DNA of 64,000 bases from an uncultured Gammaproteobacteria bacterium (GTDB taxonomy: Bacteria; Pseudomonadota; Gammaproteobacteria; Xanthomonadales; SZUA-36), in assembly GCA_963749115.1 (NCBI GenBank), contig CAVVLP010000010.1:254366-318365 (forward strand), read 5' to 3'. This document shows, piece by piece, positions 41,302-52,160 of this stretch. The position numbers were made by a program, and so were the translations under genes. How positions within the stretch are numbered: the stretch's first letter is position 1; each line of letters starts with the position of its first letter. The notes under the pieces were generated by a model. The model did not search any database, was not told where the DNA came from, and worked only from the letters and a program-made list of their open reading frames with translations.

Positions 41302-41838
41302 ATGAAGAAAATCCTGCTTGCTCTGATGTTTATGGTCTTATCCGGTCCACTATTTGCCGGCGAACAACCCACGGTGGGCTCCGATGCACCATCATTTAAC
41401 TTGCAGGATCAAAATGGCGATTGGCACACCCTCGAGAGTTACCGGGGTCAGTGGCTGGCCATTTATTTTTATCCAAAGGACGACACACCGGGGTGTACAA
41501 AGGAAGCCTGTAATTTCCGTGACAACATCTACGCCTTCAAGGCCATTGACGCTGCCGTGGTGGGTATCAGTGTCGATGATGTCGAGTCGCACAAGGCATT
41601 TTCTGATAAATACAAACTGCCGTTTACCCTTCTTGCAGATTCAGACAGTACTACCGCGAGTGCCTATGGTGTTCTGAAGGATTATAAACTGTTCAAACTG
41701 GCAAGCCGCCAGTCATTCCTGGTTGATCCCGAAGGCAAGATTGCCAAACACTACGCCGATGTGGATCCGGACACGCACACTGGTGAGGTACTCGCAGACA
41801 TCAAGAACTTATCCGAGGTCTGGAGCAGCACGCTCTAA
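41302..41838 (+). CDS. bcp: secreted peroxiredoxin (Bcp/thiol peroxidase type)
   Basis: Signal peptide. YFYPKDDTPGCTKEAC peroxidatic Cys motif. Confidence 0.8.
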   Translation: MKKILLALMFMVLSGPLFAGEQPTVGSDAPSFNLQDQNGDWHTLESYRGQWLAIYFYPKDDTPGCTKEACNFRDNIYAFKAIDAAVVGISVDDVESHKAFSDKYKLPFTLLADSDSTTASAYGVLKDYKLFKLASRQSFLVDPEGKIAKHYADVDPDTHTGEVLADIKNLSEVWSSTL

Positions 41839-41947
41839 CCCCAATTAATGCCCCGTTGGGTGGGTAGATTTTACCCACCCGACGCGCGGTGGGAACTACA
41901 TTACGCGCCCTCTGGATTCGCAACGCAGCTTTGGCATCAATCGCGCC

Positions 41948-43483
41948 CTACCTGGATTCACGGACGATCTTGCGCACATCCGCCAATAGTTCTTTCGCAT
42001 CAAACACAATGCCGTCCTTGATGGTGTATTTCACACCACCAACACGCTCGGGTTTATTGTCGGCACCCAGTTTGAAATGACCGGTGCCGTAGAGCACTTT
42101 GAAATTGGCAATCGGGTTCTCTTCGGTTATCACCAGGTCGGCAAGCTTTCCTACACGCACTGAACCGATCTGTTCATCCATGTTCAGCACCTGTGCTCCC
42201 TGGTAGGTTGCCGAACGCAATACTTCCAGGGGGTGGAAGCCAGCCTCCTGTAATAACTCCATTTCACGGATATAGGCGAAACCATAGAGCTTCCAGATAT
42301 AGCCGGCATCGGAGCCCAATGTGACCCGGCCGCCATGATTCTTATAGTCGTTCAGAAACTGCATCCAGATTCTAAAATTATTCTTCCATGCGACCTCATC
42401 GGACGTGGTCCAGTCGAACCAGTAGGAACCATGAGACTTCAGGGATGGCTGAAAAAACTCCCACAAGGCGGGTGGTGTGTAGTCCTTCTGCCAGTCAGCA
42501 TTCATCTCACGCATCAGGTCACGGCTGGCTTCATAAATGGTTAAAGTCGGGTTGATGGTGAAATCCAGGGCGATCAGTTCGTCACGTACCTGGTTCCATT
42601 TTTCAGAACCCGGTTTGGCTGTCTGTGCCCACAGACGTCCGGCCTCGCCAAAACGGTCCTGCTCGTTGGTGTAGTTGTAATCCAGCGGATAATCCTGGAT
42701 CACCTGGTTCTCAAACATGGCCTCCGGCAGACCGTACCAATGCTCCATCGACGTCAGGCCGGCTCGAGCCGAGTCCAGAACGTTCCAGTTCACGACATCC
42801 AGTTGGGCGTGGTGCATGGCTGAACCCAGGCCTTGTTTGCCAGCCTCGTCCAACGCTGCTTGCATGATATTGGGCGGCGCACCGAAAAATTTAATACCGG
42901 CGGCACCTTGCTTCGCAATTTTTTTAACCCAGCTACGGGTCGCGTCTTGGGTCAGGAATGGCCCTGATTCACCTTGTCCGAAACCCACGTACGGGAAAAT
43001 TCTCGGGGCCGCTATCTCATTCTTTGCGCTGCGTGCCTGGTGCTCCAGAACCCAATCCAGCCCATTAAAACTACCCGGCTCACGAATAGTCGTAATACCG
43101 TGACCCAGCCATAGCTTGGCCACGTACTCAGCCGGCACACCCTGCGCATCGCCGCCAAAGTGCGCGTGCAGGTCAATGAAGCCCGGCAGCAGGTAGTGGC
43201 CCTCCAGTTCCATGACACGGTCACCCTCCAGGATCGGGATACGATCGGCTTCGGGCACTGGTTTGTATAAGCCCAGGTTGCGTATCTGTGTAATCCTGTT
43301 GCCCTCTATCAGAACATCCATGGGGCCAACAGGGGGGGCGCCCTCGCCATTCACGATAATTACACCACGCAGAACAAGACGCTCGAACGGCCCCTCACCA
43401 CGCTGTCGATCTGGAACAGAAAGCGGTGCTGCGAATACGTTAAGCGAAAATATGATGAAGAGTAATGTTAGTAATTTTTTCAT
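41948..43483 (-). CDS. secreted amidohydrolase-family protein
   Basis: 511 aa. Signal peptide MKKLLTLLFIIFSLNVFA. GFIDLHAHFGG metal-binding motif. Confidence 0.8.
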   Translation of the reverse strand: MKKLLTLLFIIFSLNVFAAPLSVPDRQRGEGPFERLVLRGVIIVNGEGAPPVGPMDVLIEGNRITQIRNLGLYKPVPEADRIPILEGDRVMELEGHYLLPGFIDLHAHFGGDAQGVPAEYVAKLWLGHGITTIREPGSFNGLDWVLEHQARSAKNEIAAPRIFPYVGFGQGESGPFLTQDATRSWVKKIAKQGAAGIKFFGAPPNIMQAALDEAGKQGLGSAMHHAQLDVVNWNVLDSARAGLTSMEHWYGLPEAMFENQVIQDYPLDYNYTNEQDRFGEAGRLWAQTAKPGSEKWNQVRDELIALDFTINPTLTIYEASRDLMREMNADWQKDYTPPALWEFFQPSLKSHGSYWFDWTTSDEVAWKNNFRIWMQFLNDYKNHGGRVTLGSDAGYIWKLYGFAYIREMELLQEAGFHPLEVLRSATYQGAQVLNMDEQIGSVRVGKLADLVITEENPIANFKVLYGTGHFKLGADNKPERVGGVKYTIKDGIVFDAKELLADVRKIVRESR

Positions 43484-43541
43484 TAAGACCTTGAATTTAT
43501 TTGCAGAAGGCGTATTCTAATATTTCAAGTATATAAGGGAA

Positions 43542-44168
43542 ATGGAATTCCTGGAGACTTTTGTCATGGATGACGCGAGCACGGCACACGCCAAAAAAAT
43601 CAATTGGTCTGAAATTGATAAGTATTCTTTCAACCCCAAACCAGGCCCAAGTCCGGACGCTCCCGCCGAGCCTGTTCCGGCGCCAAAAACCCGCGAAACT
43701 ACCACTAAAAAGGCTTTAGACAGCTGGTTCCGTGAGCAACGCGGAAGCAAGCGAGTACCAAAACGCCTGAATATAGCCAATGAGTTACTCGTGAGCAGTG
43801 GCGGTCCGCTGAGGATGACTGGCAACATAACACTCATCGATGAAGATGGTGAAGTGACACACTCAAACAAACTCAACCTTTGTCGCTGCGGGTCATCAAT
43901 AAACAAACCCATTTGCGATGACCAGCATCTGGATATCGAGTTTTTTGATGCTGGCGCTATTGGCCAACTTTCAGATTGGATGACGGTTAAGAGGCCCCAG
44001 ACAATAACGGTGACATGTGTAAAGAACGGCCCGCTAAAATTCCGCGGTTACCTGCGTGTTTACAATAAGCGAGGACAGGAGTGTATCACCATGAATGGTG
44101 CGCTGTGCCGCTGCGGCAAGTCCAGCAGAAAGCCGTTTTGCGACACTAAGCACGGCTGTGGCTGCTGA
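43542..44168 (+). CDS. CDGSH-type iron-sulfur domain protein (two CDGSH-like modules)
   Basis: CRCGSSINKPICDDQH and CRCGKSSRKPFCDTKH. Confidence 0.7.
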   Translation: MEFLETFVMDDASTAHAKKINWSEIDKYSFNPKPGPSPDAPAEPVPAPKTRETTTKKALDSWFREQRGSKRVPKRLNIANELLVSSGGPLRMTGNITLIDEDGEVTHSNKLNLCRCGSSINKPICDDQHLDIEFFDAGAIGQLSDWMTVKRPQTITVTCVKNGPLKFRGYLRVYNKRGQECITMNGALCRCGKSSRKPFCDTKHGCGC

Positions 44169-44196
44169 GTCCCTTTAAAGCGACTTAGCCCTCGGC

Positions 44197-44559
44197 TCAG
44201 TCGCCGTAATAAATGCAACCGGCGTTGCAGGTTTCCTGAACAATGATTTTGCTCAACCCCGCAAGGCCGGGTTTCAGTTGATGCCATATCCAGCGAGCCA
44301 GGTTTTCACTGGTCGGGTTGTCAAGTCCATCGATCTCGTTTAAGTAATGGTGGTCGAGTTGATCAAACACAGGTTGGAAAATACGCCGCAATTCCGCGAA
44401 ATCCATTACCCAGCCTTCCCGCTCACCGACCGGACCGGACACGTGCACTTCAATGCGAAATGAGTGACCGTGCAGACGTGCACATTTGTGACCTTCGGGT
44501 ACGTTTGGCAACCGATGAGCCGCTTCAATTTGAAAAACTCTGAAAATATCCATTATCAA
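44197..44559 (-). CDS. queD: 6-carboxy-5,6,7,8-tetrahydropterin synthase
   Basis: 120 aa. FQIEAAHRLPNVPEGHKCARLHGHSF, DHHYLNEI. Confidence 0.85.
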   Translation of the reverse strand: MIMDIFRVFQIEAAHRLPNVPEGHKCARLHGHSFRIEVHVSGPVGEREGWVMDFAELRRIFQPVFDQLDHHYLNEIDGLDNPTSENLARWIWHQLKPGLAGLSKIIVQETCNAGCIYYGD

Positions 44560-44918
44560 ATTGTGACCGCAGCCGATGTTTCGCGCAATCCCCAGGGGAG
44601 AAGATTCCTGGTTCTCAGTTGATGAAAATGATAAATATGTTTGTGGTCAAAAAACGACATCAACCCGTGATCTGTCAGTTTCCGTAAGGTGTTCCGGTCC
44701 ATTACTGTTAGTCATTTCTGCAAGAAACCCAAGCATCATTGGCATTCAACTTTGATCTCAACTAAACAATCGGGATAGCAACTCCATAATAGTTTGTTGT
44801 TATTTTGCAACAGCCGCTCAATGAACTCTCAAAAACATACATAAGGCTTTGTAATTGTTATTTTTTCTGATAGCATGATGTTCCAGTTGCTTATGCAACA
44901 AGGCTGGACGCTGCGTGA

Positions 44919-45872
44919 ATGAGTAATTTAAATCGCTTTGCCTTATTTATAGTTATTTCGCTATTCGCCATCAGTGCGAAGGCGGAGCCTATGGCATATA
45001 GCGTAAATTCTGATAGCAATGGTGGGGATAGCCTGTATTTGATTGATCTCGCCACCGGCACTGATCAATTAAGAGGCAAACTTTTTACTGGAATTGAAGA
45101 TCGTACTGATACGGAAGGCCTGGCGTTCTCGTCAGACCCGGGTAGTCTTCTTTGGGGTATAGATGACGCTTCCGGGACATTGTTTCCAATCAGTCCAGCT
45201 AACGGTTCAATAAATTACGAGGAAGAAATTCAACTCCCTTTCGAATTCCAGTCCGGCGGCGGCAATGATTTTGGCATGACATTCGCCTGTGACAACAGCT
45301 TGTATTTTACCTCCGTAAGGTCCAAAACTTTATATCGTCGTGATCAGGGTGGTAGTTTCACGACCGTGGGTACTCAAGGGGCCCTTGGTGTAAACATCAG
45401 TGCCATCGCGGCCTTTGGCAACCCGGTAAGGCTTTACGGTTTGGGTAATGGACAATTGGAGAATGGCGATACGGATTCTCCTAACCTATACAGCATCGAC
45501 CTGACCACCGGGATTGCATCAATGGTAGGGCCACTGAGTGATACAAGTGAATTTACATACAATGAAGCCGGATTGGCTTTCGATAGTAATGGCGGTTTAT
45601 GGGCCATTACTGACCGCAGCCAGATTAGCAACCAGAAAAGTCAAATACTGAGTATCGATGTGGCTACCGGCGCGGCGACCCTGGTCGCCACCACCCTCAA
45701 TGAAGTCGGCTATGAAAGTCTCGCAATCAGCCCACCGTCCAATTGCGATACTTCGGTAGGATCTGCAGATGGCCTGCCAAGGATTCCAACGCTAAACGTG
45801 GCTGGACGTCTTTCCGCAATACTGGTTTTGATGCTGGCCGGGATGCTCATCCTGCGCAGGCGTTATACCTGA
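44919..45872 (+). CDS. secreted protein with IPTL-CTERM-like sorting tail
   Basis: Signal peptide. C-terminus LPRIPTLNVAGRLSAILVLMLAGMLILRRRYT (IPTL, TM helix, Arg cluster). Confidence 0.55.
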   Translation: MSNLNRFALFIVISLFAISAKAEPMAYSVNSDSNGGDSLYLIDLATGTDQLRGKLFTGIEDRTDTEGLAFSSDPGSLLWGIDDASGTLFPISPANGSINYEEEIQLPFEFQSGGGNDFGMTFACDNSLYFTSVRSKTLYRRDQGGSFTTVGTQGALGVNISAIAAFGNPVRLYGLGNGQLENGDTDSPNLYSIDLTTGIASMVGPLSDTSEFTYNEAGLAFDSNGGLWAITDRSQISNQKSQILSIDVATGAATLVATTLNEVGYESLAISPPSNCDTSVGSADGLPRIPTLNVAGRLSAILVLMLAGMLILRRRYT

Positions 45873-45958
45873 AGCAATTTCTATAACCCGTTTTTTTGCA
45901 GCCAAACCCTCCCGTTTGGATTAAACTGCATTAATTGAAACAACACCGGAGTTAAAAC

Positions 45959-46216
45959 ATGATTGGTGGAATAAGCGTCACACAGCTAGTAATCCTGCTG
46001 GTGATAGTCATGCTGGTTTTTGGCACCAAGCGTCTACGTAACATCGGGTCCGATCTCGGCAGTGCCGTTAAAGGATTCCGTAAAGGCATCGAAGACGAAC
46101 CCGCAGACGCAGACAAGGAACCTGAAAAATTAACAGCTGCAGAAAAAACTTCCGCTGCGACGCAAAAAACAGAGGAAAAAGCCACGGCCAAACACCCGTC
46201 CGACACAGATGTTTGA
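45959..46216 (+). CDS. tatA: twin-arginine translocase subunit TatA
   Basis: [43 protein letters not shown]. Confidence 0.9.
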   Translation: MIGGISVTQLVILLVIVMLVFGTKRLRNIGSDLGSAVKGFRKGIEDEPADADKEPEKLTAAEKTSAATQKTEEKATAKHPSDTDV

Positions 46217-46598
46217 TGTTGGTTTTGCCGAGATTTTTCTTCTCGCCCTTATCGGCCTGTTAGTGCTCGGACCAGAACGCTTACCCGGTGTAGCGCGCAC
46301 CGTGGGTGGGTTCGTGCGTAAGGCCAGGATGAGCTGGGTCAGCCTGCGCAACACCATCGAATCCGAACTGGCGGAAGCCGATCTCTCGGCGCCGATAAAG
46401 AAGACCAGCGAAGAACTAAAACAGATCGGCAGGAAATTGGCCGAAGAGCCAGTTTTCAAATCGGAAACCCAAAAAACAGATCACCTTAAAACGGATAAGG
46501 ACACATCCGGGTCGGCCAGTCCGGATCCCTTATCTGCCGGGGCATCGAAACCAGAACCGCTACCGGAACCCGACAGTAAAAAGCCTGAAAATGTCTGA
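46209..46598 (+). CDS. tatB: twin-arginine translocase subunit TatB
   Basis: [26 protein letters not shown]. Confidence 0.85.
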   Translation: MFDVGFAEIFLLALIGLLVLGPERLPGVARTVGGFVRKARMSWVSLRNTIESELAEADLSAPIKKTSEELKQIGRKLAEEPVFKSETQKTDHLKTDKDTSGSASPDPLSAGASKPEPLPEPDSKKPENV

Positions 46599-47367
46599 AA
46601 ACGCCCAAGAAGAAGACCGCGAGTTAAGCTTTCTCGAACACCTGGTTGAACTTCGTGGCCGCTTGCTCAAGGCCTGCCTGTCCATCGTTGTCGTTCTGAT
46701 AGCACTGCTGCCATTCTCACGCCGCCTGTACGAGGCTTTGGCACAACCGATGATGGCGCAAATGCCGGAAGGCAGCAGCATGATTGCCATCGATGTGGCA
46801 TCACCATTCCTGACACCGTTCAAGCTAACACTGTGGGTCTCCATCATGATTTCGATCCCGGTGATTTTGTATCAATTATGGGCCTTTGTTGCACCGGCAT
46901 TGTTCAAGCACGAAAAAAGACTGGCCCGGCCCTTGTTGTTTTCTTCGGTATTTCTTTTTTATGCCGGTTGCGCTTTCGCCTATTTCGTTGTTTTTCCACT
47001 GGCATTCGGCTTTTTAACCAGCTATGCGCCAGACGGTGTGGCCGTGATGACCGACATCAGTAAATACCTGGATTTCGTCATGACGCTGTTTCTTGCGTTC
47101 GGGATTACCTTTGAAGTACCGATTGCGACCATCATCCTGGTGGCCACCGGCATCACGACGCCCGCCAAGCTGGCAAGCTGGCGACCTTATATTATTGTCG
47201 GTGCCTTTGCCCTCGGAATGATCCTGACGCCCCCTGATGTCATTTCACAGACCTTGTTGGCGCTGCCAATGTGGTTGCTGTTTGAAGCAGGAATAATTTT
47301 TGCCCGCATCCTGGTTCCGGAAAAGGAAACGGAAGAAGAAAGCGAAGCCGATCAGGCGACTAACTGA
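46591..47367 (+). CDS. tatC: twin-arginine translocase subunit TatC
   Basis: 258 aa, six TM segments, SFLEHLVELRGRL. Confidence 0.9.
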   Translation: MSENAQEEDRELSFLEHLVELRGRLLKACLSIVVVLIALLPFSRRLYEALAQPMMAQMPEGSSMIAIDVASPFLTPFKLTLWVSIMISIPVILYQLWAFVAPALFKHEKRLARPLLFSSVFLFYAGCAFAYFVVFPLAFGFLTSYAPDGVAVMTDISKYLDFVMTLFLAFGITFEVPIATIILVATGITTPAKLASWRPYIIVGAFALGMILTPPDVISQTLLALPMWLLFEAGIIFARILVPEKETEEESEADQATN

Positions 47368-48194
47368 TCATTTGTCTTATTGGCAGGAACGATCGTTTCA
47401 TCCAGGCCAAAAATATCCCTGAATGCCAGGTATTGGGTACCAAACAGCAGTAATTGGAACATCGGACCTAGCAACAGTAACAGGAAGCCCAACAAGGTAG
47501 ATGCAGTTCCTTCACTGAGTGCTGAAAGATAGAAAGAGCCGAACAGCAAGACAATCGGCACCGCCAATATACCGAGGAATAAACCGATCACCAGCAGTGG
47601 TTTCCAGTTTCGGCCAAGGCCCTTTAATCCCATCAACAGGGCACTTCCCATTTTAAGTTTCCGGAACCAGATCAACGGCACCGAGAAATAGGTGATCGTG
47701 CCACTGATAGCGGCACCTAAGGCCATCGCTAGAACCGCATTTTCCATAACTTGCGGGTCTATGAGCCGCAATGCATCGAGATCACCCTGCTCTATGCGGA
47801 CAATAATATCCGGGTCAATATCGACTATTTGTCCCGCCAATACGAGTGTAACAATCAACAGTGCCAGTGCCATTGCGACCCCGCCCAGTAACAACAACGA
47901 CCCGATACTCCTTTTTGCCATAAAAGGCATGAACAAGACCGCCAACATGGGTTTATCACCGTGATCAACAAGGAAGAAAGCGTGCAATAACCCGGCACTC
48001 AATACGGGCAGACAGAGAATAACCACCAAGCCCAGGGCGCCTGTCTGTGAAAAACTCACAAGAAACTGGAAAAACAGGCTGATCAGCAATAAACGTAAGG
48101 GTTGTCTTTTGACCAGTCCCCAGCTACCCGAAACCCAGGCCAATCCACGCGCTGCCGGCATTTTTCGAATGACCGGTGGGACTTGATCACTCAT
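47352..48194 (-). CDS. multi-pass membrane protein of unknown function
   Basis: 280 aa, about 6 TM segments. My family guess (BPSS1780/DUF2189-like) is from memory only. Confidence 0.5.
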   Translation of the reverse strand: MSDQVPPVIRKMPAARGLAWVSGSWGLVKRQPLRLLLISLFFQFLVSFSQTGALGLVVILCLPVLSAGLLHAFFLVDHGDKPMLAVLFMPFMAKRSIGSLLLLGGVAMALALLIVTLVLAGQIVDIDPDIIVRIEQGDLDALRLIDPQVMENAVLAMALGAAISGTITYFSVPLIWFRKLKMGSALLMGLKGLGRNWKPLLVIGLFLGILAVPIVLLFGSFYLSALSEGTASTLLGFLLLLLGPMFQLLLFGTQYLAFRDIFGLDETIVPANKTNDQLVA

Positions 48195-48817
48195 GCGTTA
48201 GCAGACGTCACATTGGCGTACTGGAGCGCATCGCTATGCCAGGCATGGGCGTTTTCTATGGCCTCGAGAACCTGTTCCGGTTCATCCACGACGGACCACA
48301 TGTTCAAATGATTTCGACCCATAAAACATTCATCGACACTGTGCCTGAGAAACTCCAGCAAACCATCGTAAAAACCGATCGTATTAACGATGACAACGGG
48401 TTTGACCCACTGCCCCAGACGTTTCATTGTCAACGCCTCGAATAGTTCCTCATAGGTACCTGATCCGCCGGGCAAGGCCACCACGGCATCTGAATCCTGC
48501 AACATCCGGTGCTTACGCTCACGCATATCCCCGACCACCTTCAATTCGGTCAAACCACGATGGGTCAGTTCAAGATCCTGCAGAAAACCAGGCACTACAC
48601 CATATACCTCGCCACCTCTACCGAGTGCGCCATCGGCCATAGCTCCCATCAGGCCACCGCCCCCGGCCCCATAGATGATAGACTTTCCGGCGAGTGCTAA
48701 AATTTCGCCCAAACGCCTGGCCGCGTCGTAGTAAACGGGCCTGAGTGCTGCGCTGGAAGATGCGTATATCGTCACCATTTTTACATGATGTGAGTCAAGG
48801 ATGTTTTTTTTAGTCAT
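48191..48817 (-). CDS. LOG-family (TIGR00730) nucleotide phosphoribohydrolase
   Basis: GGGGLMGA and LPGGSGTYEELFE motifs. Confidence 0.8.
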   Translation of the reverse strand: MTKKNILDSHHVKMVTIYASSSAALRPVYYDAARRLGEILALAGKSIIYGAGGGGLMGAMADGALGRGGEVYGVVPGFLQDLELTHRGLTELKVVGDMRERKHRMLQDSDAVVALPGGSGTYEELFEALTMKRLGQWVKPVVIVNTIGFYDGLLEFLRHSVDECFMGRNHLNMWSVVDEPEQVLEAIENAHAWHSDALQYANVTSANA

Positions 48818-48860
48818 TGTAATATTGTAGCCCAGCGTTAGGTCTCACTGGAGAGTATAT

Positions 48861-49523
48861 TTGAATCAGCAGTTAAAACTGCAGCAGGTGACACAACCAC
48901 CGATAGCCATCGGTATTATAGCTGTCTGCGTCGTCATTTTTTTGCTGCAGAGCGTTTCGCCACAATCTTCATTTGGGCAAACGATACTGAGCACACTCAA
49001 TCACATGGCCTTGTGGCCGGTTAATAGCGCCAACCCCCAACCCTGGCAGTTGAGTTTCCAACCCTGGCAATTGATCAGTTATGGTTTTTTACATGGTGGT
49101 TTCAACCACCTGTTTTTTAATATGTTTGCGCTGTGGATGTTTGGTCTGCCCATTGAAAGGATGTGGGGTAGCCGAAGATTTGCCGAATATTATTTCACCT
49201 GTATCCTGGGCGCCGGATTGGTTCAACTGCTGGTTCAATACATCAGTGGCGGTAACTACCCGACCATCGGCGCGTCCGGTGCGGTTTTCGGACTCCTGCT
49301 GGCTTACGGGGTGACGTGGCCAAACAATAAATTACTCCTTATTTTTTTCCCGGTACCCATCAAGGCAAAGTGGTTTGTGCTAATTTATGGTGCCGCCGAA
49401 TTGATTTTCGGCGTTACCGGAGCAATGCCTCAAGTGGCTCATTACGCCCACCTTGGAGGTTTGTTTTTCGGTGCCGGTTTATTATGGCGATGGGGCTGGC
49501 GACCAGGCATGACCTGGACTTAA
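48861..49523 (+). CDS. rhomboid-family intramembrane serine protease
   Basis: [16 protein letters not shown] (catalytic Ser), HLGG (catalytic His). Confidence 0.8.
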   Translation: MNQQLKLQQVTQPPIAIGIIAVCVVIFLLQSVSPQSSFGQTILSTLNHMALWPVNSANPQPWQLSFQPWQLISYGFLHGGFNHLFFNMFALWMFGLPIERMWGSRRFAEYYFTCILGAGLVQLLVQYISGGNYPTIGASGAVFGLLLAYGVTWPNNKLLLIFFPVPIKAKWFVLIYGAAELIFGVTGAMPQVAHYAHLGGLFFGAGLLWRWGWRPGMTWT

Positions 49524-49566
49524 AAGCCTGTCGGATTTGACAACCCAAGAAAGTAGAGAAAGGACT

Positions 49567-51510
49567 ATGAGCAAAACTTATCCCGTTATCCCTGCAGCCA
49601 GGGAGCGCACCCACGTTGACCAACAACGATACCAAGAAATGTACAGCCAGTCGGTTGAGGACAATACCGGCTTCTGGTCTGAACAAGCACGTCGAATCAA
49701 CTGGATAAAACCATTCAGCAAGGTTAAAGATGTTTCCTGGGATCGAAAGGATGTATATATCCGCTGGTTTGAAGACGGCACACTCAATGCCTGTTACAAC
49801 TGCATAGATCGCCATCTTGAAAAACGTGCTGACCAGACCGCCATCATCTGGGAAGGTGATGACCCGGCCCGTGACTTGCATATCAGTTACCGCGAATTGC
49901 ATCAACGTGTCTGCCGCATGGCCAATGTACTCAAGGAACTCGGGACCAAACGCGGGGATCGTGTCACTCTCTACATGCCAATGATTCCAGAGGCTGCCGT
50001 AGCAATGCTGGCATGCGCTCGTATCGGTGCTGTCCATTCTGTCGTGTTTGGTGGTTTTTCACCGGACGCACTGGCCGGTCGTATTGTTGATTGCCAGTCC
50101 AACATTCTCATCACCGCAGACGAAGGTCTACGCGGTGGCAGGGCCATCCCCCTCAAGAAAAACGTCGATGCCGCCTGTGAACGTGACGGGGTCATGGATA
50201 TTCTCGAATCGATACTGGTGGTTCGTAACACCGGGAATGACGTATCCATGGATGCTGGCCGTGACCATTGGCTGCATGAAGCGGAAGCCGATGTTTCGGA
50301 TGATTGCCCCTGTGAAGAGATGGGTGCAGAAGATCCTTTATTCATTCTCTACACCTCGGGCTCAACAGGAAAACCTAAAGGCGTTCTGCATACCACCGGT
50401 GGTTACATGGTGTATGCCTCATTTACCCATGAAATGGTTTTTGACTACCAGGATGGCGATATCTACTGGTGCACAGCGGATGTTGGCTGGGTAACAGGTC
50501 ATAGTTATATCGTTTATGGTCCACTGGCCAATGGTGCGACCACAATTATGTTTGAGGGCGTGCCCAACTATCCCGATACCAGCCGTTTCTGGCAGGTTTG
50601 TGACAAGCACGAAGTCAATATCTGCTATACCGCACCTACCGCGATACGCGCATTGATGCGTGATGGCGATGATCCCGTTAAACGCACATCGAGGAAATCC
50701 TTGCGCCTGCTGGGCAGTGTCGGCGAACCGATCAATCCGGAAGCATGGGAATGGTACTACCACGTGGTTGGCGACGGCCGTTGCCCGATCGTTGATACCT
50801 GGTGGCAAACAGAGACCGGCGGCATCATGATCAGTCCGTTACCGGGTGCAACGCCATTGAAGCCCGGATCCGCTACCTTCCCGTTACCCGGCATCATGCT
50901 GGATATCGTAGATAACGAAGGCAACGTTCTTGACGGAGCAGTCGAAGGCCAATTGGTTATCACCGATAGCTGGCCAGGACAAATGCGCAGCGTCTATGGC
51001 GATCACCAGCGTTTCATTGACACTTATTTCTCAACGTTTGAAGGCATGTACTTTACAGGTGATGGTTGCAGACGTGATGAAGATGGCTACTACTGGATTA
51101 CCGGCCGTGTTGATGACGTACTCAACATATCCGGACACCGCATGGGAACGGCGGAGGTCGAAAGTGCATTGGTATCCCACCCCCTGGTCGCAGAATCAGC
51201 GGTCGTCGGTTACCCACACGATATCAAGGGACAGGGCATCTATGTCTACGTCACCCTGGTCGCCGATGCAGAACCCAGCGAAGAATTGCGTGCAGAATTA
51301 CGCAACTGGGTACGCAAAGAAATCGGCCCGATCGCCACACCCGACCTGATCCAATGGGCACCCGGCCTGCCGAAAACCCGTTCCGGTAAAATCATGCGCC
51401 GTATCCTGCGCAAAATCGCCGAAAACGACTATTCCAACCTGGGCGACACCTCAACCCTGGCCGAACCGGAAGTAGTCCAAAACCTGGTCGAGGGCAGAAT
51501 GAACCGCTAA
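49567..51510 (+). CDS. acs: acetyl-CoA synthetase
   Basis: Trimmed to [25 protein letters not shown]-binding motif, C-terminal [16 protein letters not shown]. Confidence 0.95.
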   Translation: MSKTYPVIPAARERTHVDQQRYQEMYSQSVEDNTGFWSEQARRINWIKPFSKVKDVSWDRKDVYIRWFEDGTLNACYNCIDRHLEKRADQTAIIWEGDDPARDLHISYRELHQRVCRMANVLKELGTKRGDRVTLYMPMIPEAAVAMLACARIGAVHSVVFGGFSPDALAGRIVDCQSNILITADEGLRGGRAIPLKKNVDAACERDGVMDILESILVVRNTGNDVSMDAGRDHWLHEAEADVSDDCPCEEMGAEDPLFILYTSGSTGKPKGVLHTTGGYMVYASFTHEMVFDYQDGDIYWCTADVGWVTGHSYIVYGPLANGATTIMFEGVPNYPDTSRFWQVCDKHEVNICYTAPTAIRALMRDGDDPVKRTSRKSLRLLGSVGEPINPEAWEWYYHVVGDGRCPIVDTWWQTETGGIMISPLPGATPLKPGSATFPLPGIMLDIVDNEGNVLDGAVEGQLVITDSWPGQMRSVYGDHQRFIDTYFSTFEGMYFTGDGCRRDEDGYYWITGRVDDVLNISGHRMGTAEVESALVSHPLVAESAVVGYPHDIKGQGIYVYVTLVADAEPSEELRAELRNWVRKEIGPIATPDLIQWAPGLPKTRSGKIMRRILRKIAENDYSNLGDTSTLAEPEVVQNLVEGRMNR

Positions 51511-51539
51511 CCAGCCCACCACGTTCTACTAAAGCAAGA

Positions 51540-51568
51540 AAATCCCCGCGAAAGCGGGGATTTTTTTA
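51540..51568 (+). terminator. rho-independent terminator of acs
   Basis: ATCCCCGC-GAAA-GCGGGGAT followed by TTTTTT. Confidence 0.8.
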
Positions 51569-51683
51569 GTTGAACTGAAATAGTAATCTGACAAACGGTG
51601 TTCAATAAAGTCAGACTCATTCGTCCGCTATTCACCACATAACAGCTATACGCCGTACCTGAGTTTCAGCAGCATGACCTGCT

Positions 51684-51873
51684 GGATTCGGCCGAGCCTG
51701 TGTGAAAACTATTTAGCCTTCACCGATATTGGGATAGCACCCAATAAATGACTCGGCGTACCGTTTAACCAGACCCATAAACTCCACCTTTTTAACCGGC
51801 AATCCGTGAATCGGCCTTGATTTCCCACTTTGGATTTTCGAATTTGGGTTTTCACACAGCCTCGGCCAATTCC
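51684..51873. repeat. 190-bp segment bounded by 26-bp imperfect inverted repeats, abutting the last attC
   Basis: GGATTCGGCCGAGCCTGTGTGAAAAC (51684-51709) against GTTTTCACACAGCCTCGGCCAATTCC (51848-51873). I count about 22 of 26 positions complementary. Confidence 0.4.
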
Positions 51874-51876
51874 GGA

Positions 51877-51939
51877 CATTAACGTCTGAATTTACCGGCG
51901 CCAGCATCGCTGGCGTCCGCGTTTAATGATTTGTTAAGT
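51877..51939 (-). other. attC site (63 bp, short class)
   Basis: CATTAAC GTCTGAATTTACCGGCG CCAGC-ATC-GCTGG CGTCCGCGTTTAATGATTT GTTAAGT. Confidence 0.75.
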
Positions 51940-52160
51940 GCCGTATGCTCCAATCTTTCAGCCAACCAGACTTTTATGATGGACTGTCGGGTTACGCCTA
52001 CACGTTTAGCTTCCCTATCCAGTCGTTCAACCATCCAGGCAGGAAAATCTACATTGACCCTTTTTTGTTCTTGTAGGGGTCGCCGCGCCTTGGTCAGGTC
52101 CAACGATTCTGTAATGTCTTTACCTTCATCAAATTTTCGTTCAAAAGTTTTAGCTTTCAT
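51879..52160 (-). CDS. ribbon-helix-helix (CopG/BrnA-like) antitoxin
   Basis: VNVDFPAWMVERLDREAKRVGVTRQSIIKVWLAERLE. Overlaps the upstream BrnT gene. Its 3' end runs into the attC. Confidence 0.7.
   Translation of the reverse strand: MKAKTFERKFDEGKDITESLDLTKARRPLQEQKRVNVDFPAWMVERLDREAKRVGVTRQSIIKVWLAERLEHTALNKSLNADASDAGAGKFRR

Noticed and set aside
41858-41880. Hairpin GGGTGGGTA-GATTT-TACCCACCC between the convergent bcp and amidohydrolase genes
   Set aside because: It is plausibly a bidirectional terminator, but it lacks a T-tract on either side, so I did not list it as a feature.
44560-44918. Possible preQ1 riboswitch or other leader upstream of queD
   Set aside because: The minus-strand sequence upstream of queD shows no preQ1-type hairpin with an A-rich tail that I can recognise. 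The region is simply AT-rich intergenic DNA shared with the divergent IPTL-CTERM gene.
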